In this document: one piece after another, positions 48,961 to 57,588 of the stretch | Numbering within the stretch: the first letter of the stretch is position 1 | How the letters are laid out: each line of letters opens with the position of its first letter | DNA from: Pinirhizobacter soli | GTDB taxonomy: Bacteria > Pseudomonadota > Gammaproteobacteria > Xanthomonadales > Rhodanobacteraceae | DNA length: 64,000 nucleotides | Reading direction: 5' to 3' | Assembly: GCF_015905305.1 (NCBI RefSeq) | Contig: NZ_JADZLQ010000003.1 | Span: forward strand, 678,201 to 742,200 | Position numbers and translations under genes: made by a program | Notes under the pieces: model-generated | Seen by the model: only the letters and a program-made list of their open reading frames with translations | What the model was told of the DNA's origin: nothing | The model's database searches: none

Positions 48961-49150
48961 CTGGGCACGTAGCAGCTACAGAAAAAGGGTGATGAAGCCG
49001 AAAAAATGCGGGCAGGTCGGCGAAATCCAAGGCGTGCCTGCGGGTAAAGTCGGGTCCATTGTAACGTTGTGGCCGCAAGATCTTCATCTTGCAGCGTTTA
49101 ACCAATAAGCTACACTCGCGCTGGAACCGGGGCAGGGGGAAAAACCCGTC

Positions 49151-50284
49151 ATGATCAAGAAGCTCACCGTGCTGCTGGGCAGCATGTTTTTTACCGTGGC
49201 CGCATATGCGGCGGCTGCGCAGCTACGCGACGGGCATCCTGACACCTACACGGTGCGCCGGGGTGATACGTTGTGGGCGATCTCGGCGAAGTTCCTGCAG
49301 AAGCCCTGGCTATGGCCGGAAATCTGGCAGGCCAACCCGCAGGTCCGTAACCCGCACCTGATCTACCCGGGCGACGTCCTGAACCTGTCGATGCTGGGGG
49401 GCAATCCCCATCTGGGCCTGCAGCCCCGTGTCCGCGAGGACGACGAGGCGATCACGGCCATCCCGCTGAAAGACTTGAAGATTTTCCTCAAGGACATGCG
49501 GGTGATGGACTCGGACCAGGTCAAGGATGCTCCCTACGTGATGGCCTCGGAAGAGGGTCGGCTGCGTGCCACGCCGGGGCAGAAGATCTACGTCCGCGGC
49601 GACCTGGTCGGCAGTCCGGGCCAGCGCTTCGCGGTGGTCCGTCCCACCCATATCTTCCGCGGCTTCGCCGACGAGGGCGACGGCTCCATCGGCCCGATCG
49701 TGGGCGACGAGCTCGACGCCAGCGTGCAGATGCAAAGCACCCCCTGGTCCGAGGACACCCGCCACGACGGCCACACCGGCCGCGGCGATGAGCTGGGTAC
49801 CGAGGTCACCGTCATCGGCACCGCCGAGCTCCTGAAGGAAGGCGATCCGGCTTCGTTGCTGCTGGTCGATTCCACTCGGGAAGTCCGCCCGGGCGACCGC
49901 CTGCTGCCGGTCGACGACCATCCCTACGATCCTTACTACTACCCGCACGCGCCCAAGACGATGCCGGCCAACGGCAAGGTCATCGCCTTCACCAGCGATG
50001 CCATGGCCGCTGTCGGCAGCAAGCAGGTGGTGGCGTTGTCGGTCGGCGCCCGCGATGGCATCGATAACGGCACGACCTTCACCATCATGAGCAAGGGCGA
50101 TAAGGTCCCCGACGACGTCGGGCATGACAGCTTCATCCGTGGCAGTGGCCGCGACGTGCAGCTTCCCGATGAATATGGCGGCCATGTGATGGTGTTCCGC
50201 ACCTTCGACAAGGTCAGCTATGCGCTGGTGATGGATGGCCTGCGGCCGATCCACAAGGGCGACAACCTGGTGGCCCCGCAGTAA
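49151..50284 (+). CDS. LysM-domain peptidoglycan-binding protein with a signal peptide.
   Basis: The translation is [23 protein letters not shown] followed by the LysM region [16 protein letters not shown]. The gene lies upstream of dprA as in many gamma-proteobacteria. Confidence 0.7.
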   Translation: MIKKLTVLLGSMFFTVAAYAAAAQLRDGHPDTYTVRRGDTLWAISAKFLQKPWLWPEIWQANPQVRNPHLIYPGDVLNLSMLGGNPHLGLQPRVREDDEAITAIPLKDLKIFLKDMRVMDSDQVKDAPYVMASEEGRLRATPGQKIYVRGDLVGSPGQRFAVVRPTHIFRGFADEGDGSIGPIVGDELDASVQMQSTPWSEDTRHDGHTGRGDELGTEVTVIGTAELLKEGDPASLLLVDSTREVRPGDRLLPVDDHPYDPYYYPHAPKTMPANGKVIAFTSDAMAAVGSKQVVALSVGARDGIDNGTTFTIMSKGDKVPDDVGHDSFIRGSGRDVQLPDEYGGHVMVFRTFDKVSYALVMDGLRPIHKGDNLVAPQ

Positions 50285-50308
50285 CGCAACCGCCACGGCT
50301 GACACGAC

Positions 50309-50338
50309 GGCGCGGCCCTGGCCGCGCCGTTTTTTTTC
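50309..50338 (+). terminator. Rho-independent terminator after the LysM gene.
   Basis: GGCGCGGCC-CT-GGCCGCGCC is followed by T8. Confidence 0.6.
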
Positions 50339-50351
50339 TAGACTCGAGCCG

Positions 50352-51497
50352 ATGGCCGACCTCGACAACGATCGCGCCTGGGTGCTGCTGTTGCGCACTC
50401 CAGGCCTCTCCGCCTCCCGACTTCGCCAGCTGCTGGTCGATGCCGGCCGCAGCGCCACGTCGGCGCTGGATCGCGTGGCACGGCGCCCGGGGGCGTACCG
50501 CGTCGCCGGGGCAGGTGCTGCATGGCTTGCCGCACCGGATGAAGCAAGGATCGAAGCCGACCTTGCCTGGATGGCCGAACCCGGACACCGCCTGCTCCGT
50601 TGCACCGACGAAGACTTTCCGCCCCAGCTGGAGGCCATCACGCCGGCCCCGGTGGCCTTGTGGGTGGCCGGCGATGCCTCATTGCTGCTCCGGCCCCAGG
50701 TGGCGGTGATCGGCTCGCGCAGCGCGGGGCCCGTGGGCCTGGCCAACGCCCGTGCCTTCGCCCGCGACCTCACCGCCGCGGGCCTGGTGGTCACCAGTGG
50801 CCTGGCCGATGGGGTGGACGGCGCGGCCCACACGGCGGCCCTGGAAGCCGGTGGGCCAACCATCGCGGTGGTGGGCACCGGCCCCGACCGCGTCTACCCA
50901 CGCAAGCACCTGGCGTTGGCACGGGCGATCGTGGACCAGGGCGCCATGGCCACCGAGTTTCCGCCCGGCACCTCGGCGCGGCCGGACCACTTCCCCCGGC
51001 GCAATCGGATCATCGCCGGGCTGTCCCTGGGCACCCTGGTGATCGAGGCGGGGGAAAAATCCGGCTCCCTGATTACCGCCCGATTCGCCGCCGAGCAGGG
51101 GCGCGAGGTGTTCGCCGTGCCTGGGTCCATCCATAACCCCTTGGCTGAAGGCTGCCATCAGCTCATCGCCGATGGTGCCCGGCTGGTGCAGCGGGCCGAC
51201 GACGTGGTCCAGGTGCTTGCTCCGGCCGCGCTGGAGCTGGGTCGGGAACTGGCCGCCCGCCTTGGCAGCGCCGAGGCCGCCAAGCCCCGTGGCATGGCCG
51301 CCCCGGCCTGGCGTGACGATCCCGACTACCTGCGCCTGCTGGCCGCGATGGGCGACGATCCAGTGCCCCTGGACGACCTGGTCACGAGAACGTCACTGCC
51401 AGTGACATCTCTTGCCTCGATGCTGCTGATGCTTGAGCTGGAGGACATCGTCGCCACCTTGCCCGGGAACCGTTACCAGCGCCTGCCGCCGCGATAG
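50352..51497 (+). CDS. dprA: DNA-processing protein DprA (Smf).
   Basis: The ATG at 50352 gives MADLDNDRAWVLLLRTPG...VVTSGLADGVDGAAHTAALEAGGPTIAVVGTGPDRVYP...RNRIIAG, the DprA Rossmann signature. Confidence 0.85.
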   Translation: MADLDNDRAWVLLLRTPGLSASRLRQLLVDAGRSATSALDRVARRPGAYRVAGAGAAWLAAPDEARIEADLAWMAEPGHRLLRCTDEDFPPQLEAITPAPVALWVAGDASLLLRPQVAVIGSRSAGPVGLANARAFARDLTAAGLVVTSGLADGVDGAAHTAALEAGGPTIAVVGTGPDRVYPRKHLALARAIVDQGAMATEFPPGTSARPDHFPRRNRIIAGLSLGTLVIEAGEKSGSLITARFAAEQGREVFAVPGSIHNPLAEGCHQLIADGARLVQRADDVVQVLAPAALELGRELAARLGSAEAAKPRGMAAPAWRDDPDYLRLLAAMGDDPVPLDDLVTRTSLPVTSLASMLLMLELEDIVATLPGNRYQRLPPR

Positions 51498-51502
51498 GGC
51501 TT

Positions 51503-51560
51503 GACACGTTCGGCAACAGTGTGCTTCCAACTAGATATATGTGCATGGGCATGCGCCCAC
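51503..51560 (+). promoter_or_regulatory. Probable topA promoter region with a TTGACA -35-like hexamer at about 51503.
   Basis: CTTGACACG is followed by AT-rich TAGATATAT about 25 bp downstream. The spacing is not canonical, so this is weak. Confidence 0.2.
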
Positions 51561-51592
51561 ACGCGAATACGCTTCATCAGGATCGCAAGTCA

Positions 51593-54121
51593 ATGGCCAA
51601 GAACCTCCTCATCGTCGAATCGCCCGCCAAGGCCAAGACGATCAACAAGTACCTCGGCAAGGACTTCCACGTCCTGGCCTCGTACGGCCATGTGCGCGAC
51701 CTGCGGCCGAAAGAGGGCGCGGTCGATCCGACCCGCGGCTTCGCCATGGCCTACGAGGTGATCGAGCGCAACGAGAAACACGTCGAAGCCATCGCCAAGG
51801 CGGCGAAAGTCGCCGATTCCATCTATCTCGCGACCGACTTGGATCGCGAAGGCGAGGCGATCTCCTGGCATATCAGCGAGATCCTGCGCGAGCGCGGGCT
51901 TTCCCAGGGCAAGGAAATGCATCGCGTGGTCTTCAGCGAGATCACCCCCCGTGCCATCAAGGAGGCCGTGGCCTCCCCGCGGCGCCTGTCGCACGACCTG
52001 GTCGATGCGCAGCAGGCGCGCCGCGCCCTGGACTACCTCGTCGGCTTCAACCTGTCGCCGGTGCTCTGGCGAAAGGTGCAGCGCGGCCTTTCCGCCGGAC
52101 GCGTGCAATCGCCGGCGTTGCGCATGATCGTCGAGCGCGAGGAAGAGATCGAAGCGTTCAAGGCGCGCGAGTACTGGTCGGTCACCGCCGACCTCGCCCA
52201 CGCCGAGGGCGCCTTCACCGCCCGCCTTACCCAGCTTCGTGGCAAGAAATTCGAGCAGTTCGACCTCACCAACGAGGCCGACGCCAACGCTGCGCGCGAG
52301 CACCTGATCGAGGCCGCCAAGGGCCGGCTCACCGTCAGCGAGGTCACCTCCCGCGAGCGCAAGCGGCGGCCCGCACCGCCATTCACCACTTCTACGCTGC
52401 AGCAGGAAGCCGCGCGCAAGCTCGGGTTCTCCACCAGCCGCACCATGCGCGTGGCCCAGGGCCTGTACGAAGGCGTGCCCCTGGGTACCGAGGGCACTGT
52501 AGGCCTGATCACCTACATGCGTACCGACGCCACGGCACTCTCCGTCGATGCGGTCACCGAACTTCGCGAGTTGATCCAGCGCGACTACGGCGCCAAGGCG
52601 TTGCCGGACGAGCCGCAGGTGTATCGCAGCAAGTCGAAGAACGCGCAGGAAGCGCACGAAGCGGTGCGCCCCACCTCCGCCATGCACACGCCGCGCAGCG
52701 TCGCCAGTTACTTGAGTGATGATCAGCGCAAGCTCTACGAGCTGATCTGGAAGCGCACCGTGGCCTGCCAGATGATCCACGCCACCATGAACACCGTGTC
52801 GGTGGAGTTCGCGCTGCGCGATTCCAGCTTCCGTGCCACCGGCACCACCATCGTCGACCCAGGCTTCCTGGCCGTGTACGAGGAAGGCCGCGACCAGAAA
52901 AACGAAGACGACGAAGACCAGCGCCGCCTCCCACGCCTGGAGAAGGGCGACGTGGTGTCCCTCACCGACATCCTGGCCGACCAGCATTTCACCGAACCGC
53001 CGCCGCGCTTTTCCGAAGCCAGCCTGGTCAAGACGCTGGAGGAATACGGCATCGGCCGTCCGTCCACCTACGCCAGCATCATCCAGACCCTGCTGAGCCG
53101 CGAGTACGTGCTGCTAGATAGCCGCCGCTTCAAGCCGACCGACGTCGGTCGTGCGGTCAGTAATTTCCTCTCCGGCCACTTTGCGCAATACGTCGACTAC
53201 GACTTCACCGCCAAGCTGGAAGACGAGCTCGATGCCGTCAGCCGCGGTGAGGAAGCCTGGGTGCCGCTGCTGGAGCGCTTCTGGCAGCCGTTCAAGGCGC
53301 TGGTGGACGACAAGACCGAAACTGTCGACCGCAACGAGGCTACAGGCGCTCGCGAACTGGGTGCGGATCCGAAATCGGGCAAGCCCGTGTCGGTGCGCCT
53401 GGGCCGGTATGGCGCCTACGCGCAGATCGGCAGCAAGGACGACGAGGACAAGCCCACCTACGCCAGCCTGCGCCCGGGCCAGAGCATGCATACGATCTCC
53501 CTCCCCGAGGCGATCGAGTTGTTCAAGTTGCCGCGCAAGCTCGGCCAGTCGGCCGCGGGCGAAGAGATCACAGTCGGCATCGGCCGGTTCGGGGCATTCG
53601 TAAAGCAGGGCAGCACCTACGCCTCGCTCAAACCCGAAGACGATCCGTACACCATCGAACTGCCCCGCGCCGAACAGCTGGTGCAGGAAAAGCTCGAGGC
53701 CATCGCCAACCGCATTGCCAAGGATTTCGGCAACGGCATCCAGATCCTCAATGGCCGCTACGGCCAGTACATCAGCGACGGCGAGAAAAACGCCCGCATT
53801 CCCAAGGACAAGGAGCCGATGGAGCTCACCCTGGAAGAGTGCGTCGCGTTGCTGGCAGCAGCGCCCGTGAAGAAACCGCGCGGTGGCAAGGCAGCGAAGA
53901 AGACGGCGACGAAAAAAGCGGCTACCAAGAAGGCCGCTGCCAAAAAGGCTGCGCCCGATGGCGACGCACCGGCAAAGAAGGCCACGGTGAAGAAAGCGGC
54001 CAGCAAGAAGACGGCGAAGAAAGCCACCAAAAAAGCCGTGAAGAAGACCACCGGTACCGCCACCAAGAAGGCGGCGACCAAGAAGGCCGCGGTGAAGAAG
54101 GCCGCCCCCGCCGAGGCTTGA
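51593..54121 (+). CDS. topA: DNA topoisomerase I with a lysine/alanine-rich repetitive C-terminal tail.
   Basis: The translation begins MAKNLLIVESPAKAKTINKYLGKDFHVLASYGHVRDL and carries Toprim and the catalytic Tyr region. The C-terminal about 80 aa are KKAATKKAA-type repeats. Confidence 0.95.
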   Translation: MAKNLLIVESPAKAKTINKYLGKDFHVLASYGHVRDLRPKEGAVDPTRGFAMAYEVIERNEKHVEAIAKAAKVADSIYLATDLDREGEAISWHISEILRERGLSQGKEMHRVVFSEITPRAIKEAVASPRRLSHDLVDAQQARRALDYLVGFNLSPVLWRKVQRGLSAGRVQSPALRMIVEREEEIEAFKAREYWSVTADLAHAEGAFTARLTQLRGKKFEQFDLTNEADANAAREHLIEAAKGRLTVSEVTSRERKRRPAPPFTTSTLQQEAARKLGFSTSRTMRVAQGLYEGVPLGTEGTVGLITYMRTDATALSVDAVTELRELIQRDYGAKALPDEPQVYRSKSKNAQEAHEAVRPTSAMHTPRSVASYLSDDQRKLYELIWKRTVACQMIHATMNTVSVEFALRDSSFRATGTTIVDPGFLAVYEEGRDQKNEDDEDQRRLPRLEKGDVVSLTDILADQHFTEPPPRFSEASLVKTLEEYGIGRPSTYASIIQTLLSREYVLLDSRRFKPTDVGRAVSNFLSGHFAQYVDYDFTAKLEDELDAVSRGEEAWVPLLERFWQPFKALVDDKTETVDRNEATGARELGADPKSGKPVSVRLGRYGAYAQIGSKDDEDKPTYASLRPGQSMHTISLPEAIELFKLPRKLGQSAAGEEITVGIGRFGAFVKQGSTYASLKPEDDPYTIELPRAEQLVQEKLEAIANRIAKDFGNGIQILNGRYGQYISDGEKNARIPKDKEPMELTLEECVALLAAAPVKKPRGGKAAKKTATKKAATKKAAAKKAAPDGDAPAKKATVKKAASKKTAKKATKKAVKKTTGTATKKAATKKAAVKKAAPAEA

Positions 54122-54123
54122 GA

Positions 54124-54693
54124 GTGCGGCGCTTCGACCTCGCCACCATCGACCGGGCCGGCCAGCAGCTCCGCGAAGGCGGGGTGCTGGCCTATCCCAC
54201 CGAGGCTGTGTTCGGCCTCGGTTGCGACCCGCGCAATGAGGCCGCCCTCGCTCGCATTTTCGAGCTCAAGCACCGTCCTGCCGGCATGGGCGTGTTGTTG
54301 ATTGCTTCGGATTTTGCCCAGGTCGAACCCTATATCGACCTTGAAGCCGTGCCACTGCCCATGCTCGATGAGGCCTGGTCCACGTGGCCAGGGCCTTGCA
54401 CCTGGGTTTTCCCCCGGGCGGCAGCGGCGCCCGACTGGATCGCGGGCGCCCATGCGGGCATCGCGGTGCGCGTCACCGCGCATGAACCGGTGGTGGTGCT
54501 GTGTCGCGCCTTCGGCGGCGCGCTGGTGTCCACCAGCGCCAATGTCCATGGCCAGCCACCGGCGCGCAGCGTGAACGACCTGGAGCAAGCCTTCGGTGCG
54601 GGCCTGGACGGCATCCTGGACGCCCCCCTGGGCAGCCTTGACCGTCCCACGTCGATCCGCGACGTGCTGACGGGCGCTATCATCCGTCCATGA
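54124..54693 (+). CDS. tsaC: L-threonylcarbamoyladenylate synthase TsaC (YrdC/RimN).
   Basis: The GTG at 54124 is in frame and gives RRFDLATIDRAGQQLREGGVLAYPTEAVFGLGCDPRNEAALARIFELKHRP, a YrdC-type fold. Confidence 0.8.
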   Translation: MRRFDLATIDRAGQQLREGGVLAYPTEAVFGLGCDPRNEAALARIFELKHRPAGMGVLLIASDFAQVEPYIDLEAVPLPMLDEAWSTWPGPCTWVFPRAAAAPDWIAGAHAGIAVRVTAHEPVVVLCRAFGGALVSTSANVHGQPPARSVNDLEQAFGAGLDGILDAPLGSLDRPTSIRDVLTGAIIRP

Positions 54694-54729
54694 TCAACGC
54701 CGCCATGGTGGCGTACCGGAGATAATCGC

Positions 54730-56097
54730 TTGTCGAGCGTGATTGACCTTGCCAGCGGCACCGCGTCGCGCCGCCTGCCCCTCGTTGTCGCCGACGATCC
54801 GAACCGCGTGCTCGCCTGGCTAGGCGGCAAGGCGATTTCGGCGGCGACCTTCGTTGCGCATGTGGCGGTGGTCGCAGCGCTCCTGCCCGACGCCGACAGC
54901 GCGGTGAACCTGTGCGAGGACCGCTACGCCTTCCTGGTGGCCTTCTGCGCGCTGGCTGCTCGCGGCCAGGTCAATCTGCTGCCGCCCTCGCGCGCACCGC
55001 GCGCCATCGATGAAGTGATGGCCACGCACGCGGGCTGTTACGCGATCGGCGATACTGCACTCGACCCGTCGCCGCGCGGCTATGTGCAGATGCCTGTCCT
55101 GGATATGGACATCCCGCTGATCGAGGAGTGGCCGGAAGTTCCCGCCGACCAACTGGTGGCTATCGGGTACACCTCCGGATCCACCGGCACGCCCAAGGCC
55201 AATCCCAAGACCTGGGGTTCCTTTGTATGCAGCAATGCGGGCAATCATGCGCTGCTCGAGGCTGGCGTAGGCACGCCCTTCACCATTGTCGCCACCGTCC
55301 CGCCGCAGCACATGTACGGCATGGAGATGTCGGTGGTGATGCCGCTCCTGGGTAACGTGGCCGTGCATGCAGGCCGTCCCTTCTTCGCCGCGGATGTGGC
55401 TGCCGCGCTAGAAAGCGTGCCAGGCCCGCGCGTGCTGGTGACCACGCCCGTGCATCTTCGCGCGCTGGTCGAGGCCGACGTCGGCCTGCCCGGCGTATCG
55501 GCCATGGTTTCCGCCACGGCGCCGATGCCGCTGGAACTCGCCCGCGCCGCCGAGGCACGCTTCGGTGCGCCGCTCCACGAGGTTTTCGGGTCCACCGAAA
55601 CCTGCGTGTTCGCCAGCCGGCGCACGTCGAAAGATGAAGACTGGAAGCTCTACGCCGATGTGGTCCTGCACCCGCAGCCTGATGGCACGCTGGTGGATGC
55701 GCCGCAGCTGGACGCGCCGATCGCTCTGGCCGATCTGGTCACGCTTCACGACGGCGGGCGCCGCTTCCGCCTGTGCGGCCGTAACGCCGACATGCTGGAA
55801 ATCGCCGGCAAGCGAGCCTCGCTGGCTGACCTCACCCGGCGCCTGCTGGCAGTAGACGGCGTGAGCGACGGCGTGGTGTTCCAGCTTGACGATGCCGACC
55901 ACATGGGCGTCCGGCGCATCGCCGCACTGGCCGTGGCGCCGGGCATGGACGAGCACGCCATCCTCGATGAACTGCGCACGTCCATGGACCCGGTGTTCCT
56001 GCCCCGGCCGTTGCGGCTGGTCGATGCGTTGCCGCGCAACGAAACCGGAAAGCTGCCTCGCGCGGTCCTGCTGGAAATGGTTCACCGGCACGGGTAA
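54730..56097 (+). CDS. ANL-superfamily AMP-forming ligase, acyl-ACP/CoA synthetase-like.
   Basis: AMP-binding motif I is IGYTSGSTGTPK, and a C-terminal GR...K is present. The ORF is 455 aa. Confidence 0.65.
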   Translation: MSSVIDLASGTASRRLPLVVADDPNRVLAWLGGKAISAATFVAHVAVVAALLPDADSAVNLCEDRYAFLVAFCALAARGQVNLLPPSRAPRAIDEVMATHAGCYAIGDTALDPSPRGYVQMPVLDMDIPLIEEWPEVPADQLVAIGYTSGSTGTPKANPKTWGSFVCSNAGNHALLEAGVGTPFTIVATVPPQHMYGMEMSVVMPLLGNVAVHAGRPFFAADVAAALESVPGPRVLVTTPVHLRALVEADVGLPGVSAMVSATAPMPLELARAAEARFGAPLHEVFGSTETCVFASRRTSKDEDWKLYADVVLHPQPDGTLVDAPQLDAPIALADLVTLHDGGRRFRLCGRNADMLEIAGKRASLADLTRRLLAVDGVSDGVVFQLDDADHMGVRRIAALAVAPGMDEHAILDELRTSMDPVFLPRPLRLVDALPRNETGKLPRAVLLEMVHRHG

Positions 56098-56176
56098 TTG
56101 CCCGGTATCGGCGGCCTTGACGCGCCTGTCGGCTACAATGCGCCTCTTTACGTAGGTACGTCCTCAGGAGCGGTGC

Positions 56177-57454
56177 ATGAAAGTCCTCGTCATCGGCAGC
56201 GGCGGTCGCGAGCATGCGCTGGCCTGGAAGCTTGCGCAGTCGCCGCGGGTCGAGGAAGTGATTGTCGCGCCGGGCAATGCCGGCACCGCGCGGGAAAAGC
56301 ACCTGCGCAATGCGGCCATCGCGGTGAACGATATCGATGGCCTGTTGGCCCTGGCCCGCGCCGAGAACGTGGGGCTTACCATCGTCGGCCCCGAAGTGCC
56401 CCTGGTGGCCGGTTTGGTCGACGCGTTTGGCGCAGCCGGGCTCCGCTGCTTCGGCCCCTCGGCGAAGGCGGCGCAACTTGAAGGTTCCAAGGCTTTTGCC
56501 AAGGCCTTCCTTGAACGGAACGGCATCCCTACGGCGCACTACGCCGTGCACACCGATCTGGCGCCGGCCCTTGCCTACGTGCGAGAGAAGGGTGCACCCA
56601 TCGTAATCAAGGCCGACGGCCTGGCGGCGGGCAAGGGCGTGGTGGTGGCCATGACGCTTGCCGAGGCCGAATCGGCCCTGCATGACATGCTGGGCGAGAA
56701 AGTCTTCGGCGATGCATCGTCGAGCGTGGTTGTCGAGGAGTTCCTCGAAGGCGAAGAAGCCAGCTTCATCGTCATGAGCGATGGCAAACACGCCTTGCCG
56801 ATGGCCAGCAGCCAGGACCACAAGCGCCGCGACGACGGCGACAAGGGCCCCAACACCGGCGGCATGGGCGCGTACTCGCCCGCACCGGTCGTCACAGTCG
56901 CTGTACAGGAGCGCGTGATGCGGGAGGTTATCGAGCCTACCCTGCGTGGCATGGCGGCCGATGGCGCCACTTTTGTCGGGTTCCTCTACGCAGGCCTCAT
57001 GATCGACGCGCAGGGCGCGCCGAAGGTGATCGAATTCAACGTGCGCTTCGGCGACCCGGAAACGCAGCCGATCATGTTGCGGCTGAAGTCCGACCTGGTG
57101 GACCTCGTCGATGCCGCGCTTGACGGCAGGCTCGATACCGCTGTTGCCGAATGGGATGATCGCCCCGCCATTGGCGTGGTACTGGCAGCGGGTGGCTACC
57201 CCGGCAAGGTTCGTTCGGGTGACATCATCAGCGGGCACGATGCGGACTTCGGTACGGACGTCAAGGTATTCCACGCCGGTACCGGCGTGGATCCGCATGG
57301 CCGCGTCATGACCGCCGGTGGCCGGGTGCTCACGGTATGCGCGCTGGGCAGCACGCTGGGGCAGGCACGTGATCTGGCTTATGCGGCCATTGACGGCATT
57401 TCGTATGAGGGACGGCAGTATCGGCGTGACATCGCGCACCGCGCACTAGCCTAG
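56177..57454 (+). CDS. purD: Phosphoribosylamine--glycine ligase.
   Basis: The translation begins MKVLVIGSGGREHALAWKLAQSPRV and is colinear with PurD over 425 aa. Confidence 0.95.
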   Translation: MKVLVIGSGGREHALAWKLAQSPRVEEVIVAPGNAGTAREKHLRNAAIAVNDIDGLLALARAENVGLTIVGPEVPLVAGLVDAFGAAGLRCFGPSAKAAQLEGSKAFAKAFLERNGIPTAHYAVHTDLAPALAYVREKGAPIVIKADGLAAGKGVVVAMTLAEAESALHDMLGEKVFGDASSSVVVEEFLEGEEASFIVMSDGKHALPMASSQDHKRRDDGDKGPNTGGMGAYSPAPVVTVAVQERVMREVIEPTLRGMAADGATFVGFLYAGLMIDAQGAPKVIEFNVRFGDPETQPIMLRLKSDLVDLVDAALDGRLDTAVAEWDDRPAIGVVLAAGGYPGKVRSGDIISGHDADFGTDVKVFHAGTGVDPHGRVMTAGGRVLTVCALGSTLGQARDLAYAAIDGISYEGRQYRRDIAHRALA

Positions 57455-57588
57455 CTACGCGCCTGGTGTGTTTGTAGGTGAAGGCGAAGTGTATGGCCGC
57501 CAATCACCTACAGCTGTAAGCGAAAGCGCCTATGTGGGCGCCCACGGATATGGTTGAAACTTGCAAGCACTGTCAACAAGGAAGTGCT

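Noticed and set aside
47507-49105. The 532-aa minus-strand ORF spanning fmt and def.
   Set aside because: Real fmt starts at GTG 48445 ([16 protein letters not shown]). The upstream 220 codons read through def in the wrong frame.
53880-54118. The repetitive DNA encoding the TopA tail, as a possible CRISPR or tandem-repeat locus.
   Set aside because: The repeats are in frame within topA and encode a KKAA tail. The spacer-repeat architecture of a CRISPR array is absent.
53839-54693. The 284-aa plus-strand ORF starting inside topA.
   Set aside because: The first 95 codons overlap the topA C-terminal repeat region in another frame. The genuine tsaC starts at the in-frame GTG 54124, after the topA stop.
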